From contig NC_092673.1 in the NCBI RefSeq assembly GCF_964355755.1, positions 8,618,001-8,682,000 on the forward strand: 64,000 bases of DNA. The letters run 5' to 3'. Below, in pieces: positions 24,101 through 35,390 of this stretch (positions are counted from its first letter, which is position 1; each line of letters begins with the position of its first letter). The translations under genes were made by a program, and so were the position numbers. The notes under the pieces were generated by a model. It saw only the letters and a list, made by a program, of their open reading frames with translations, was not told the DNA's origin and searched no databases. This DNA comes from Antedon mediterranea (taxonomy: Eukaryota > Animalia > Echinodermata).

Positions 24101-25029
24101 CAATCCTTTACTTCTTACAATTTACTTACTGTAGTTTATTTCTATACTTTTCTATACAATTGGCTATGGTTTTAAATTGTAGGCGACGTGTGACATAAAG
24201 TTATCGGAACCGTAGTAATATTATAATTAATATTGCATTCAATTCAATGCTACAGTGTGCGTGTCCTTCTTGTGCGTCCGTCGCCTTGCAAATAGCGCGA
24301 TGTGTTTGTTCGTAAACCATATCACATATTAACTCCATTGGCGAAAACGCGTGAGCTTGTTCATAGATAAAGTCATGTTTTTTGATAACATAACGATTAA
24401 AATCGAAATCTTTTTTTAGAATCTGTAAATTCAAGGTGTTATCACGATTTTGTATGATTTTGATCAGATTTTGTGCACACTACCATTTTGTAGGGTCTTC
24501 GCTTTCGAGGTCTTCGGTCTTCGATCTTCGCTTTCGAGGTCTTCGCTTTCGACACACCCCTAGTAGCTAGTACTACTGGGCGCTACTGCAGTTTCGCACC
24601 ACACTGTTATATCTTCGATTTCTCGCTTAATTTTTTTCTCACACCAACACCATACAATTTTGGGCCATTATGTAACATGTTCCCATGATTTAGCCACCGT
24701 TAATTACCTTTATCATAACAAAAAATGCCTTTCAAAACAGCTCCTTTTTTCGCGAATACTTCGATCGAACTGTGGCCATTTTAGAATCAGAAAATTGCCA
24801 GAAATCAATGTATGTTTTATTTTCTGTTTTTATTTTTAAACTGCAAAGAGTGGTTTTTATAAAGAACCAGCTGTACATATCAAAAGGGCAACGATATGAG
24901 TCCGTACATAAAACATTGATAGGAACCATTAATATAAATATTAATACTAATAATGAAATATTAATTTAAAATTTATTATTTCGCCAGCTGAAAACATTTC
25001 TTGCTTTTCAAAACTAAATAGGCCTATAT

Positions 25030-25858
25030 AGCCCCTTTCTCACAGATGTGCCTGCAATATACCGGTACAGTGCTGGCGTCGTGCCGGTATCGTTACCGGC
25101 ATATACCCATTCTCATCGGACTATCGTGCCGGAAATATAACCGGTATATACCGGCTTTCTGTGAGAAAGGAGTCGGGCATATTCGGCCAATAAAAAGTCT
25201 CTGACAAAATAATTATTGAGGGCGTCCTTTATTGTTATTATTTTTGTCTAGCGATGATATGGCGGCGAATGTTAAGTTACAGATTATTATCTTCCTTTAT
25301 AGCATATTTATGCAATACATGCTATGTACAGTATATTGTGCATATATTATACAGGTATAGCAATTAATTTGCCGTCATCGGCAATCTGTAAAACACCTTA
25401 GAAGGCTGTAGGCCTACAATTTACAAGGCGACGAAAGGTCAGGCACCAACAAACAAAGAGCTATGGCTGGCCTAGCCTAGCGGCCTATATAGATTATGCT
25501 ACAAATTTCTTCTTGTCCCCTTATTTTAAGCAGCTCTCTTATCTCATTATCCCTCCAGTTCGACATTATTATTGTTAATTGAATTGAATAGGCGCCAAAG
25601 TGATACACTTGACTGCGAAAGGTGTCAAAGCCTCGACGGGGAACCCCGGAATATAACGGCAATACGTTCTCACAGAATGCCCGTCTGGCATTGCGGGGAA
25701 TATCCCTAGAATATTACTAGGTCTAAAGCAGGTCATGTCGATGCCGGCATGGTGCCGGCATGATGCCAAGACGACCCGTTCTCACAGAAAACCATACCGG
25801 CATGGTAATGGTATATTCTCGCAATATTCCTGGCACACAACTCTGTGAGAAAGGGGCT
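25030..25858. mobile_element. PIF/Harbinger internal-deletion derivative, copy 1
   Basis: TIR agcccctttctcacaga, TSD TAT. Keeps the convergent 5' ends of a possible transposase (MAANV.LQII...) and a Myb/SANT-like ORF (MSNWRDNEIRELLKIRGQEEI). Confidence 0.85.
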
Positions 25859-26128
25859 TATGTGTAATCGGATTTTATAACACTGCCCTCTATAGTTTCT
25901 ACAATTTTTGGGGTAAATGAAGCATAAATTCTGGCAATTAAGTGATAAATATGGCGAACATTTCGCATGGCGAACATTTCGCAGTGTGTTGACAGCGAGT
26001 TCAGTATTGTTTAAAATGTTTTGAAAAGTATTGTTATTTAAAAAAAATTACTTAGTAAGTGATCGAATCGTATAAACATGTTACATAATATTATGTTGTG
26101 AGTGTAAAAAACGAAGATATCGAAGATA

Positions 26129-26616
26129 TGTTATGCGCGATTTGAACGATTTGCGCAATTTGAAATTGCGCAAAAAAAATCCTTGCGCAATTTGAATTGA
26201 AACATGTGTTTCAAATTGCGCAAGCAACGTATTAAATTGCGCAAGTAATCTGCAAATTGCGCAAGGTTTTTCGACAGATTGTGAAATCATGCACACCCAT
26301 ATTTTTATAGTAATTTCTAAGAATGATTCAAAATTAAAGATAAATATCGCATTTCCTTATTTTAGTAGTGCAAATATTGTTATAAGTTAGCATACCGTCG
26401 AAGAACCGACGAAGGAAAACGAAGCGGTGGTGTTCCACCAGGCCTAGTAGGCATGGCCTAGCCATGTATGGGAAAATTTACAGTTCGTTTTCAAATTGCG
26501 CAAAGGTGTCATATTGCGCAAGAACTATCTTGCGCAATCTTTGCGCAATTTCAAATTGCGCAAGGATTTTTTTGCGCAATTTCAAATTGCGCAAATCGTT
26601 CAAATCGCGCATAACA
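26129..26616. mobile_element. TGT...ACA MITE (Ginger-like), 4-bp TSD GATA, 13 TTGCGCAA motifs
   Basis: tgttatgcgcgatttgaacgatttgcgcaa ... ttgcgcaaatcgttcaaatcgcgcataaca. Removing it restores the right TIR of 24579-26651. Confidence 0.88.
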
Positions 26617-26695
26617 GATATAACAGTGTGGTGCGAAACTGCAGTAGCGCCGTACTACTGTACTAGGCTAGGCTAGTAGTAGGCCAAGTACTTAC

Positions 26696-26698
26696 CAT
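26696..26698 (-). CDS. DPM2: Probable DPM2 start codon (ATG-only coding part of the first coding exon)
   Basis: Minus strand ...gttgccgaaATG|gtaagtac, a strong donor in phase 0 as exon 3875 requires. Human DPM2 likewise splices directly after ATG. It lies just outside the TE pile. Confidence 0.68.
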
Positions 26699-29538
26699 TT
26701 CGGCAACTCTGATAATAACAGTACACTTCTTTACTTCTAGCTAGAAGGCTAGCCTACCCTAGTTTATCAGTTTGGCCCGATTGTCGACGTCAAGTTGTTT
26801 TGGGCCTAGGGCTAGCCTATTTCATTTTTTACGTACGTACGTGCTACGTAGCCGGCTAGCACGACGTTTTTATTAAATATAGGCAAAGAATAATAATTCT
26901 TTGGTATAGGGCCTAGGCCTAGTTATGACACGCCATAGGTGCCAAAACTATACAGTAAAGCTTCTAATAATAAATTACAGTACATTCAGTTTATATAGGC
27001 TATAACACCTAAATAAATTCCTGTCATTTGATTGGCGTACAATAGTACTATTTGCACTGGTGTGAAATAGTATGCACTATTAAACGATCGTTTAAAATCT
27101 CTTCGCGTTTGCAAAACATATTTTTTTCTATTGCTTTTGAAATACAACAGCGCCACCTATTTTGTACTTTCGCCGCGAAAAGAATGTCATGACTGGCCTG
27201 CGCGATTATAGTACATTTTAGTCCTGTGTCAATATGGTAAAATCGATCGTGTTTTATTTTGGTACCGAAAAAAATCAACATCCGGTATTAGTATGGAACG
27301 TCGCTATTTTGGTCAATATTTATTACTTGTTATAAGTGATGAATGTTTATTTAGGCCTAATGTATATAATGTTTGTTTTTAATTTATTATACAAATGGCA
27401 AGAAGTTTGTGAATATGTGGTCTTTGAAAATCATTGTTAAAAAAAAAATTAAAATTAAGAAATTAATATAGTTAAAATAGTTTATAATTAGTAATATAGT
27501 ATTTATTACCAATGAGACGTTTTTTCTATGCCTAACTGTACAATACAAGTGGATATACCAGAGTATCATATAAAATTTGATGATGATTTGCTGGTCTCAT
27601 TTATATAACAATAACGAGTGTAATTATCGAATGCAAGTTCAACGATTAGTACAGTGGTGTTCTTCTAAAAACCTTTTTTTTATTGAAATATTGAATTCCG
27701 TAAAATAAAAAATCATTAATGACAGAGGTGTTTAAATTATAGAAAACGTAAAATTCCTTGAAATATATGTTTTTCTGAAGATCTGAAGTGGCATGTAAAT
27801 TATAAGCATTGTGTGAAGAAATCCCGCATATTTTTAGTCGCGTGCAATTCGCCACTCTATAGCTAACTATGTCGATCGGTCGGTAAACACTAACTCAAAT
27901 ATTTGCGCACGCGACTGGAGCCATGTTTTTGGCCTTGTTGTTCTTACGTAGATTGAAGTCGTTCAGAGTTAGTTCTTCCATGATGAGTAAATTGTATTGA
28001 TAAAAAGTTTAACCTTGTCTATTGCTGTCCGGTTTGGTGCAACAGAGGAAGACAAGAGAAAAATATAAAGTAAGACCGCTTCCCGCATCATTGGAGAAGA
28101 GCAAGCTTCGGCTCATATCTACACTCGTAGACTCGTTATCAAAGCCCTCTCCATTGTGTGGCAACGTTTTTGCGCACTAATTTTTTGAAACACGCAAAAT
28201 GGTCTGATTCATGCTCTAAATAATTGATCAGAGCATAATTTTGAGCTTTTTAAATTGTTAACGCGTGATTTCACGCGCATAACCCTGTGTACGCGTTTTT
28301 ATTTTCTAAAATTGTTATTCTTGATTTTAAGTTTGTGTATAGTGAATTTCATTTATAGTTTATAAAATGATTGATAATGTGATTTACAAAATGGCGTATA
28401 ATGACATCACAGATAGGTGATCATGCTGAAAAGCTTATTAGGATTAAGTTAAAATATTTGAAAGATATATGAAATGTTGGTGATGATTGACAGTTAGCTT
28501 TGTAATTGTCTCACAAAATGAACAGAACAGAAAAAAACAAAGAAGAACAATAAAGATCTCATACAATAACAAGCGGTGATCATTTTATTCTAAATGATCA
28601 CTTAATTAAGTTAAATAACATTAATTTCATGGCAGGGGCGGTCGCAGGACTATTTAAAAACTCTACAGGGCTGTAGACACTGAATATGAGCAAGCAAATT
28701 ATTAAATGACACCCCTGATGGCCGCAAATGGTATTCTCGCACGTAAAATTCATGATAAATTGCACCTCTAGTTCGCCGGAAATGTCACTAACTCTATTAT
28801 ATAGTGCGCTAGCCAACAGAGGATTGTAGCCTATTATTCCGCCGGTAATAAAACATACGCGACTAACAACAAATTCATTTTGGATTTTCAGTAAATTACA
28901 GCGGTGGCGGCAGGATTTTGCAGACGCGGGGGCTACATTCCCCGACGAGGGGACTATGCGAGCGAAGCGAGCATCACTAGGCTGGGGGCCAGGGGGCCGC
29001 CAAGGGGGTCCAGGGGGCGAAGGTCCCGGAAGCGAAGGCCCCGGAAGCAACGCGTTCTAGCGTCATTTGAGGCCATTTTAATAAGATTTGGGGTAGCCAC
29101 TTTTTCCATTTTTTATAATGCATAAATATAATACTGCGTGCAAAAACACGATGGGCGATGATGACTGTTTCAATCCATATTTTTCAATTAAAAAAAAAAA
29201 GTTCAAAATATGCCTATATTTATCGGGTAAATTGTAGCTTAGAAAAATTAATATACGCGAACGTAAAACGTAGGCTACCCACAGGCGAAGAGGTGTGCCT
29301 ATATTGTTTATCGCAGAGGCGTATGCTGGTTGCTGTCTGAGGGTGCAAAAATGGTAAATGCGTGCCTTGGGCTGATCTGTAAGAAAATTTTGAAAAATAG
29401 AGCTGCTAGGTCCCCGGAAGTTGCAATTAATTTATATACATATTAATGATACTATGAAACGAAATTACAAGTCTACAGAAACAGACAACCGTTTGTTTGT
29501 TTGTTTCATTTATTTTCCACACATTGGACAAAAGAAAC

Positions 29539-29540
<2 letters not shown>

Positions 29541-29588
<48 letters not shown>
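29541..29588. repeat. (TA)n microsatellite flanking the Penelope fragment
   Basis: About 24 AT units; further (TA)n runs at ~44051 and ~44128. Confidence 0.95.
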
Positions 29589-29592
<4 letters not shown>

Positions 29593-29757
29593 GTTCGGTT
29601 CAATGAAACCGTCTAAAAAGTGCTCAATACGGTAAAGTAGAGCTAAAATACTTGGACACTCAAGGACAACAACACAGACTATTCAATCTCATGGCGCATC
29701 TTGGCATCTGCTAAAGCATATAGTAGCGCAAACAAAAAATGCAACCTCTGCCTCAAA

Positions 29758-32465
29758 AGCCCCTTTCTCACAGAGCTGAGTGCCAGGAATATTGCGGGAA
29801 TATACCATTACCATGCCGGTATGGTTTTCTGTGAGAACGGGTCGTCTTGGCATCATGCCGGCACCATGCCGGCATCGACATGACCTGCTTTAGACCTAGT
29901 AATATTCTAGGGATATTCCCCGCAATGCCAGACGGTCATTCTGTGAGAACGTAACGTCGTTATATTCCGGGGTTCCCTGTCGAGGCTTCAGACACCTTGC
30001 GCGGTCAAGTGTATCACTTTGGCGCCGATTCAATTCAATTAACAATAATAATGTCAAACTGGAGGGATAATGAGATAAGAGAGCTGCTTAAAATAAGGGG
30101 ACAAGAAGAAATTTGTAGCATAATCTATAGCAGGCCTGGGCCATATAGGCCTAGCTAGCTCTTTGTTGGTGCCTAACTAGCCTGACCCTTCGTCGCCTTG
30201 TAAATTGTACAGCCTCCTAAGGTGTTTTACAGATTGCCGATGACGGCTAATTAATTGCTGTACCTGTATAATATATGCACAATATACTGTACATAGCATG
30301 TATTGCATAAATATGCTATAAAGGAAGATAATAATCTGTAACCTAACATTCGCCGCCATATATCCCTAGACAGCGTTGCCAGCGATAAAATGTAAATTAT
30401 GCCGTATCCTGTCTCAAATAATGCCAGATTGGGAAAAATAATGCCAGATCCCCAAAATGTGGCCCTAAACAGCGCCACCAACGGTTGTATGTCTAATAAA
30501 CGTTTGTAAAACCCCAACTGACACAAAATAGGGCCTAAATTGTATCCCTATGTCGTTCAAAAATTGTATTTTTAGTTTTGTGAGTAATAACTAATAATTT
30601 TAATATTATCTGGGGTGCGAAGATGGTAATTGCAGATGACACAAACACCAACCCACGAACAACCCCCCCCCCCCCCCCCAAAAAAAAAACCTGTTACTAC
30701 AGCCATGGAAATTTAGAATTTTTGAGCTGAAATATGAGAGCTGCTCGATCTTTGCACTTAATTTCAAATATGACAGGATCTTAGCCCACCATAATTAGAA
30801 AATGGCAATCATAATTTAAAATAGGAAATGAAAATATATATTATTAAGCAGGGAGTTGTTTGGAAAAACAGAGCTGCTCGATGGCCGGAAATGGCACTTA
30901 ATTTCAGATATGAAATAAAAATATATTTATTAGTACCTCCAGGATCTTAGCCCACCATAGTTCGAAAATGGCAATTATAATTTAAAATAGGAAATAAAAA
31001 TATATATTAAGTATCTCCATGACCTCAGCCCCACCATGGTTGGGGCTGAGGTAAAAAAAAATGGAAAAATAGAGCTTCTCGATGGGCGGAAATGGCACTT
31101 AATTTTAAATAAAAATTACCTCGCCCACACGGTCACTACTGGGGCTGAGAGGTGAAGAACATTTGGAAAAATAGGGTTGCTACGACGATGCAAATGGAAC
31201 ATAATTTGAAATATGGAAAACGAATTCTCCTAGAAGAAATTCTTTTTAGAATTAGAGCTTCTAATTAGTTACTGGAAATTGCCATTTCAAGGGTTGGGGT
31301 AAGGGTGCGGCCACTTTTTATGAACTGAAGAAACAAAATCCTTTTCATAATGTTTTCGTTCAAATTGTCTCTACACCCATGGAGATCCAATAACCTGCAT
31401 GATCTCTAAAATAGAGCAACAAAATAATAATAATAATAATTTATTTGGAAAACGCTTTTTGAACAGCGGCATACATAATAATGGTGCATCCTTAAAACAA
31501 TTAAACATACAATATAAAAATATATGAGTATAAAAAAAAGATAGACTAGATTAAAACAGATAATACTCAGATAAAACGGAAGTTCGATAAAACCAAATTA
31601 AAAATAAACTGTAATACTAAAACCAATTAAATGCAACCCACATACTAGTCTGGGTTCCAGACGGAGTTTTGTCTTAATATTAGTAAAAAGATAAATATTT
31701 TGGCACATATGGCGTTTCATACGTATACTACTTGATTTTGGATACTGTATTTTCAGACAAAAATCGCGGTCAAAATAAAAACAAATAAATAAAAAAAAAA
31801 GATAATACAGACTTGGGGCAAGTCTACCCACATACATAAGCTTGGACACTAAATTGACCAATAGCTAGCCTCTTCGGATTTGTTGTACTGCCTATATAAT
31901 CGCACACACGGTAGTTTTCGAGCAGCCTTCCTATCCGAAGAGTCAATTAAGTCCGAAACGAAAGGATGGAAGAACTATTGTACGGAAAACCTGAACAGAT
32001 CTGTTTTGTACGATATGATATGATATTGTATAAGGTGATAATATGTATTAAATTGCAAGATTTATAAACAAAATATTTTATTTTTGTTCTGTGGTATATT
32101 ATTTTTTTGGTTGTTCAAAAATCACAAAATTATGCCAGATTATGCTAAAAACGGCTAAATAATGCCGCGGCATTATGCCAGATGCCGTGGGCCTCCAAAT
32201 AATGCCAAAAAGCATAATAATGCCAGAAATGGCAACTATGTCCCTAGACAAAAATAATAACAATAAAGGACGCCCTCAATAATTATTTTGTCAGAGACTT
32301 TTTATTGGCCGAATATGCCCGACTCCTTTCTCACAGAAAGCCGGTATATCCCGGTTATATTTCCGGCACGATAGTCCGATGAGAATGGGTATATGCCGGT
32401 AACGATACCGGCACGACGCCAGCACTGTACCGGTATATTGCAGACACATCTGTGAGAAAGGGGCT
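29758..32465. mobile_element. PIF/Harbinger deletion derivative, copy 2 (inverted relative to 25030-25858)
   Basis: Same TIRs and interior as copy 1. TSD imperfect. Interrupted by 30371-32240. Confidence 0.88.
30371..32240. mobile_element. hAT non-autonomous element, 8-bp TSD TCCCTAGA
   Basis: cagcgttgcca ... tggcaactatg. TSD at 30363-30370 and 32241-32248. The empty site is visible in Harbinger copy 1 (~25246-25256). Confidence 0.85.
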
Positions 32466-34045
32466 TTAAGAGAAATTATTTATCATCCGCCACCCTGAAT
32501 TATCGACATTAAACAAACGCAACGAACTCGTGTCCGCCTGCCGGTGTAAGATTTAAATGTGTCCGGTGTTTGAAAGTGTCCACTGGACAATTTTCAGCAT
32601 TGAATAGTGTAATACCAGCTGTTGAAAATGGCTGCAACCACCCGGGCAGCTTTCATCGATAAAAAAGTAGGACCATCGACATCGACATCATATTAACCCC
32701 GTAAAAACCAGGGCACTTGACGGTCACCAACTCCCGTTAGGGTAATTATAATTCCTTAGAATACCAATTTGAATCGCAAAATATCAAGTCGATTGAAATA
32801 AATATTACTATTATTATGTCTGGAGACATATAGTCTAATCAAATTAAATTGTTTGTTTTTGATTGAGTATATACAACCTGTTGTCAATTTGAAGTAAATC
32901 GACAACTTGAAAAAATATATAGCCTACCGGTACTGTATTATTATTTCTAGGGAATGAATATCACTAAATCATATAGGCATAGGGCCTACCTATTTTCGTT
33001 CTCTCGAAATATTATTTCATTGGAATTCGAATTACTAATTCGCGAGAGAACGAAATAATTTCCCTCGAAATTATTTCGTTCTCTCGATCATTCCTTGTCT
33101 CGAAGTAGTAATTCGTTTTTTATATTGTTCAGTTCTTGAAATCTTATTTTGTTCTCCCTAAATATATTTGTTCCCTCAAAATATTTTTCAGTTCTCAAAA
33201 TATTATTTTGTAATATTCATTATACTTTTACTAATTTAATAATATTAACTGATAACAAAAGTGCTTTAAACAAGTAAGTTCGTCATTGTTAAAGTGAGTT
33301 CTTTTTCATTATATTTTTTTTCACAGATGCCTGATTTTTTGTTTTATTTAATAAAACATTGAATTGGTTAGTCACAATATTTTTTTTGTTTCTAGAGATT
33401 TTACATTATTTGTTTATTTATCTAAAATACATTTGAAAAATATTGTTGATGCATATTACCAAAAAATATTTATTTTTTTATATTTTATATGGCAAAATAA
33501 ACACCTTAATTGCGCATCATAATTATTCGTTCACTCAAGGGTATTTCGGTTTTTTGTTTTTTTCGAATAATCTCTAAAAAAAACACGTCCACCTCTCCTA
33601 AGGGACCACTTCTCATAATTCCGTAACGACCACCTTTCGCAAATTACCACCTCTATTGAGGTGGTCACTTACGGGAGGTGTAGTCGGTAAAAGAAGTGGT
33701 CGTCTACGAGCGGTGGTAGTTTATGAATAAAGCAGTCCGTTATGAGAGTGGTTACCCCTTCAGGAGGTTGTCCATTGTGAGAAGCGGTCCTTTAACAGAG
33801 GTAGTCCCTTTTAAATATTAAAGGTGGTCGCTAACAAGGGTGGTTGCTTACGATCAGAGTGCTAAGTTTTGAAAGCCGATCACTTACGAGAGGTGGATAG
33901 ACTGACGGCAAGTAGAGAAATACATTTGCACATTTTAGACATTTAGGTTTGTAAAATATATAACATTTTATTAGCTGGCGATATTAACTACATTAGCTGT
34001 GAGGCAATTTTTGTTACTACATTACCTGTTGAGTTGTACATTAGT

Positions 34046-35341
34046 TGTCACACAGCCGCAATTACGGCTCTTTCGGACATGTAATATCTGGTAACCACCG
34101 GTAAACAACGATAAATAGCCACAACTGTACACATATAAATGTAAAAAGTAAATTTAATAATAAACTTTGACCAACAATTCTTCCTTCTATAATCCAAACC
34201 CCCCCTAAAAAAACCCAAAAAAAAAAACCCCTAAGCAATTCTCAAACAATGATACGGTATCCCTATTCCCCCACAACTTATACACTTCCCCAAATTCCCA
34301 ATCCTCCCAGACAAAATATCGACAATCTTCTTATTGTCAAATATAAATCCCAGAAACCCCCCTTCCAAATACAATAATATCACAAGATGAATAATACAAT
34401 AATAAATGTCCACAATATCGTTCCTTCTTGCCTTTTCTCCTACGCTGACCCAAAACAAATTCGAAAGATAAAAGTTAAAACGATTCCGCAACTAAACAAC
34501 TCCTCTGCTCCCGTTCTGCTTGTATTCCCAATTATACTTCTTCTCAACCTGCAACTATCTTCTGACATATAAATAAATAAAATATAAAGTTAAAAATGTT
34601 TCTTGAGGTCCTTCTGCACTGCAATCCGCTCCCCGATCAATTATTTCTTTCTCCTTTTCCACGTAACATAATATCAGTATCAATAAAGTCAGTCTTCGAT
34701 ACTTTCAACAAAAGCTTTCTTTAAAAGCAATTAATTCTGCTATTTCCAACAGTTATTATTCGATTTATTAACTTCATGTATCTCACTTTATTTCATTTCT
34801 GCTCCAGCTCTAGATCACCATAATTATTTCCAACTCACAATTTATTAACTTCATGTATATCACCTTATTTCGTTTCTGCTTCAGCTCTATATCACCATAA
34901 TTATTTCCAACTCACAATTTACTAACTTCATGTAGATCACCTTATTTCCTTTCCGCTTCAGCTCTATATCACCATACTTCTTTCCAACCCACCATTTATT
35001 AACTTCATATATACCACTTTACTTCCTTTCTGCTTCAACATAACATAACCCTCCTTCTCTGTCTCCTCTCAATTTTCATCTCCTTCTCAAACTTCCCTCA
35101 ATTGCACACATACCACCACCTTATCCTTCTCAACCAATCAGCAACTCACACACCAACTCAACTCTTACACCTCTCCTCCAATCAGCAACCTCCACACACT
35201 CCTTCTCTGCACACACACACTCTGCTCCACTGGCTTCAAACAATAGTTTCCTAAAACAAAAGAAAGGTTCAAATAATGAAAACAAAAGGAAAAGTAAGCA
35301 TGACTTGCAAAATAAATACAAAACTTATGTCACTTGTGACA
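34046..35341 (-). repeat. 3' LTR of the Gmr1-type element
   Basis: Copy of 40228-41523. Contains a 77-bp repeat (~3.6 copies) at 34764-35040. Confidence 0.95.
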
Positions 35342-35354
35342 TTTACTCCCCTCT
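35342..35354 (-). promoter_or_regulatory. Polypurine tract
   Basis: Minus strand AGAGGGGAGTAAA immediately before the 3' LTR. Confidence 0.8.
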
Positions 35355-35390
35355 AAAAGAAATATGTACCAACATTTTCTCTAAATATAT

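Larger units (their letters stand above)
14154..24559. mobile_element. Non-autonomous long-TIR element (MULE/foldback-like), 9-bp TSD, inflated by nested insertions
   Basis: ~620-bp TIRs (14154 to ~14780 and ~23940 to 24559) begin GGGTGTGTCGAAAGCGAAGAC. TSD ctagtagtt / ctagtagct (8 of 9 match). Mirror ORFs 14279+ and 24201- reflect the TIRs. Confidence 0.88.
24579..26651. mobile_element. MULE-like non-autonomous element, perfect 9-bp TSD GTACTACTG
   Basis: TIR ggcgctactgcagtttcgcaccacactgttatatc at both ends. TSD at 24570-24578 and 26652-26660. Confidence 0.9.

Noticed and set aside
27000-28600. Possible Crypton-like repeat or a divergent gene start upstream of DPM2
   Set aside because: Only vague motif resemblance; no boundaries, TSD or recognisable ORF.
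34231-35321. Duplicated small ORFs (also 40413-41503)
   Set aside because: They are duplicated only because they lie in the LTRs; no coding signature.
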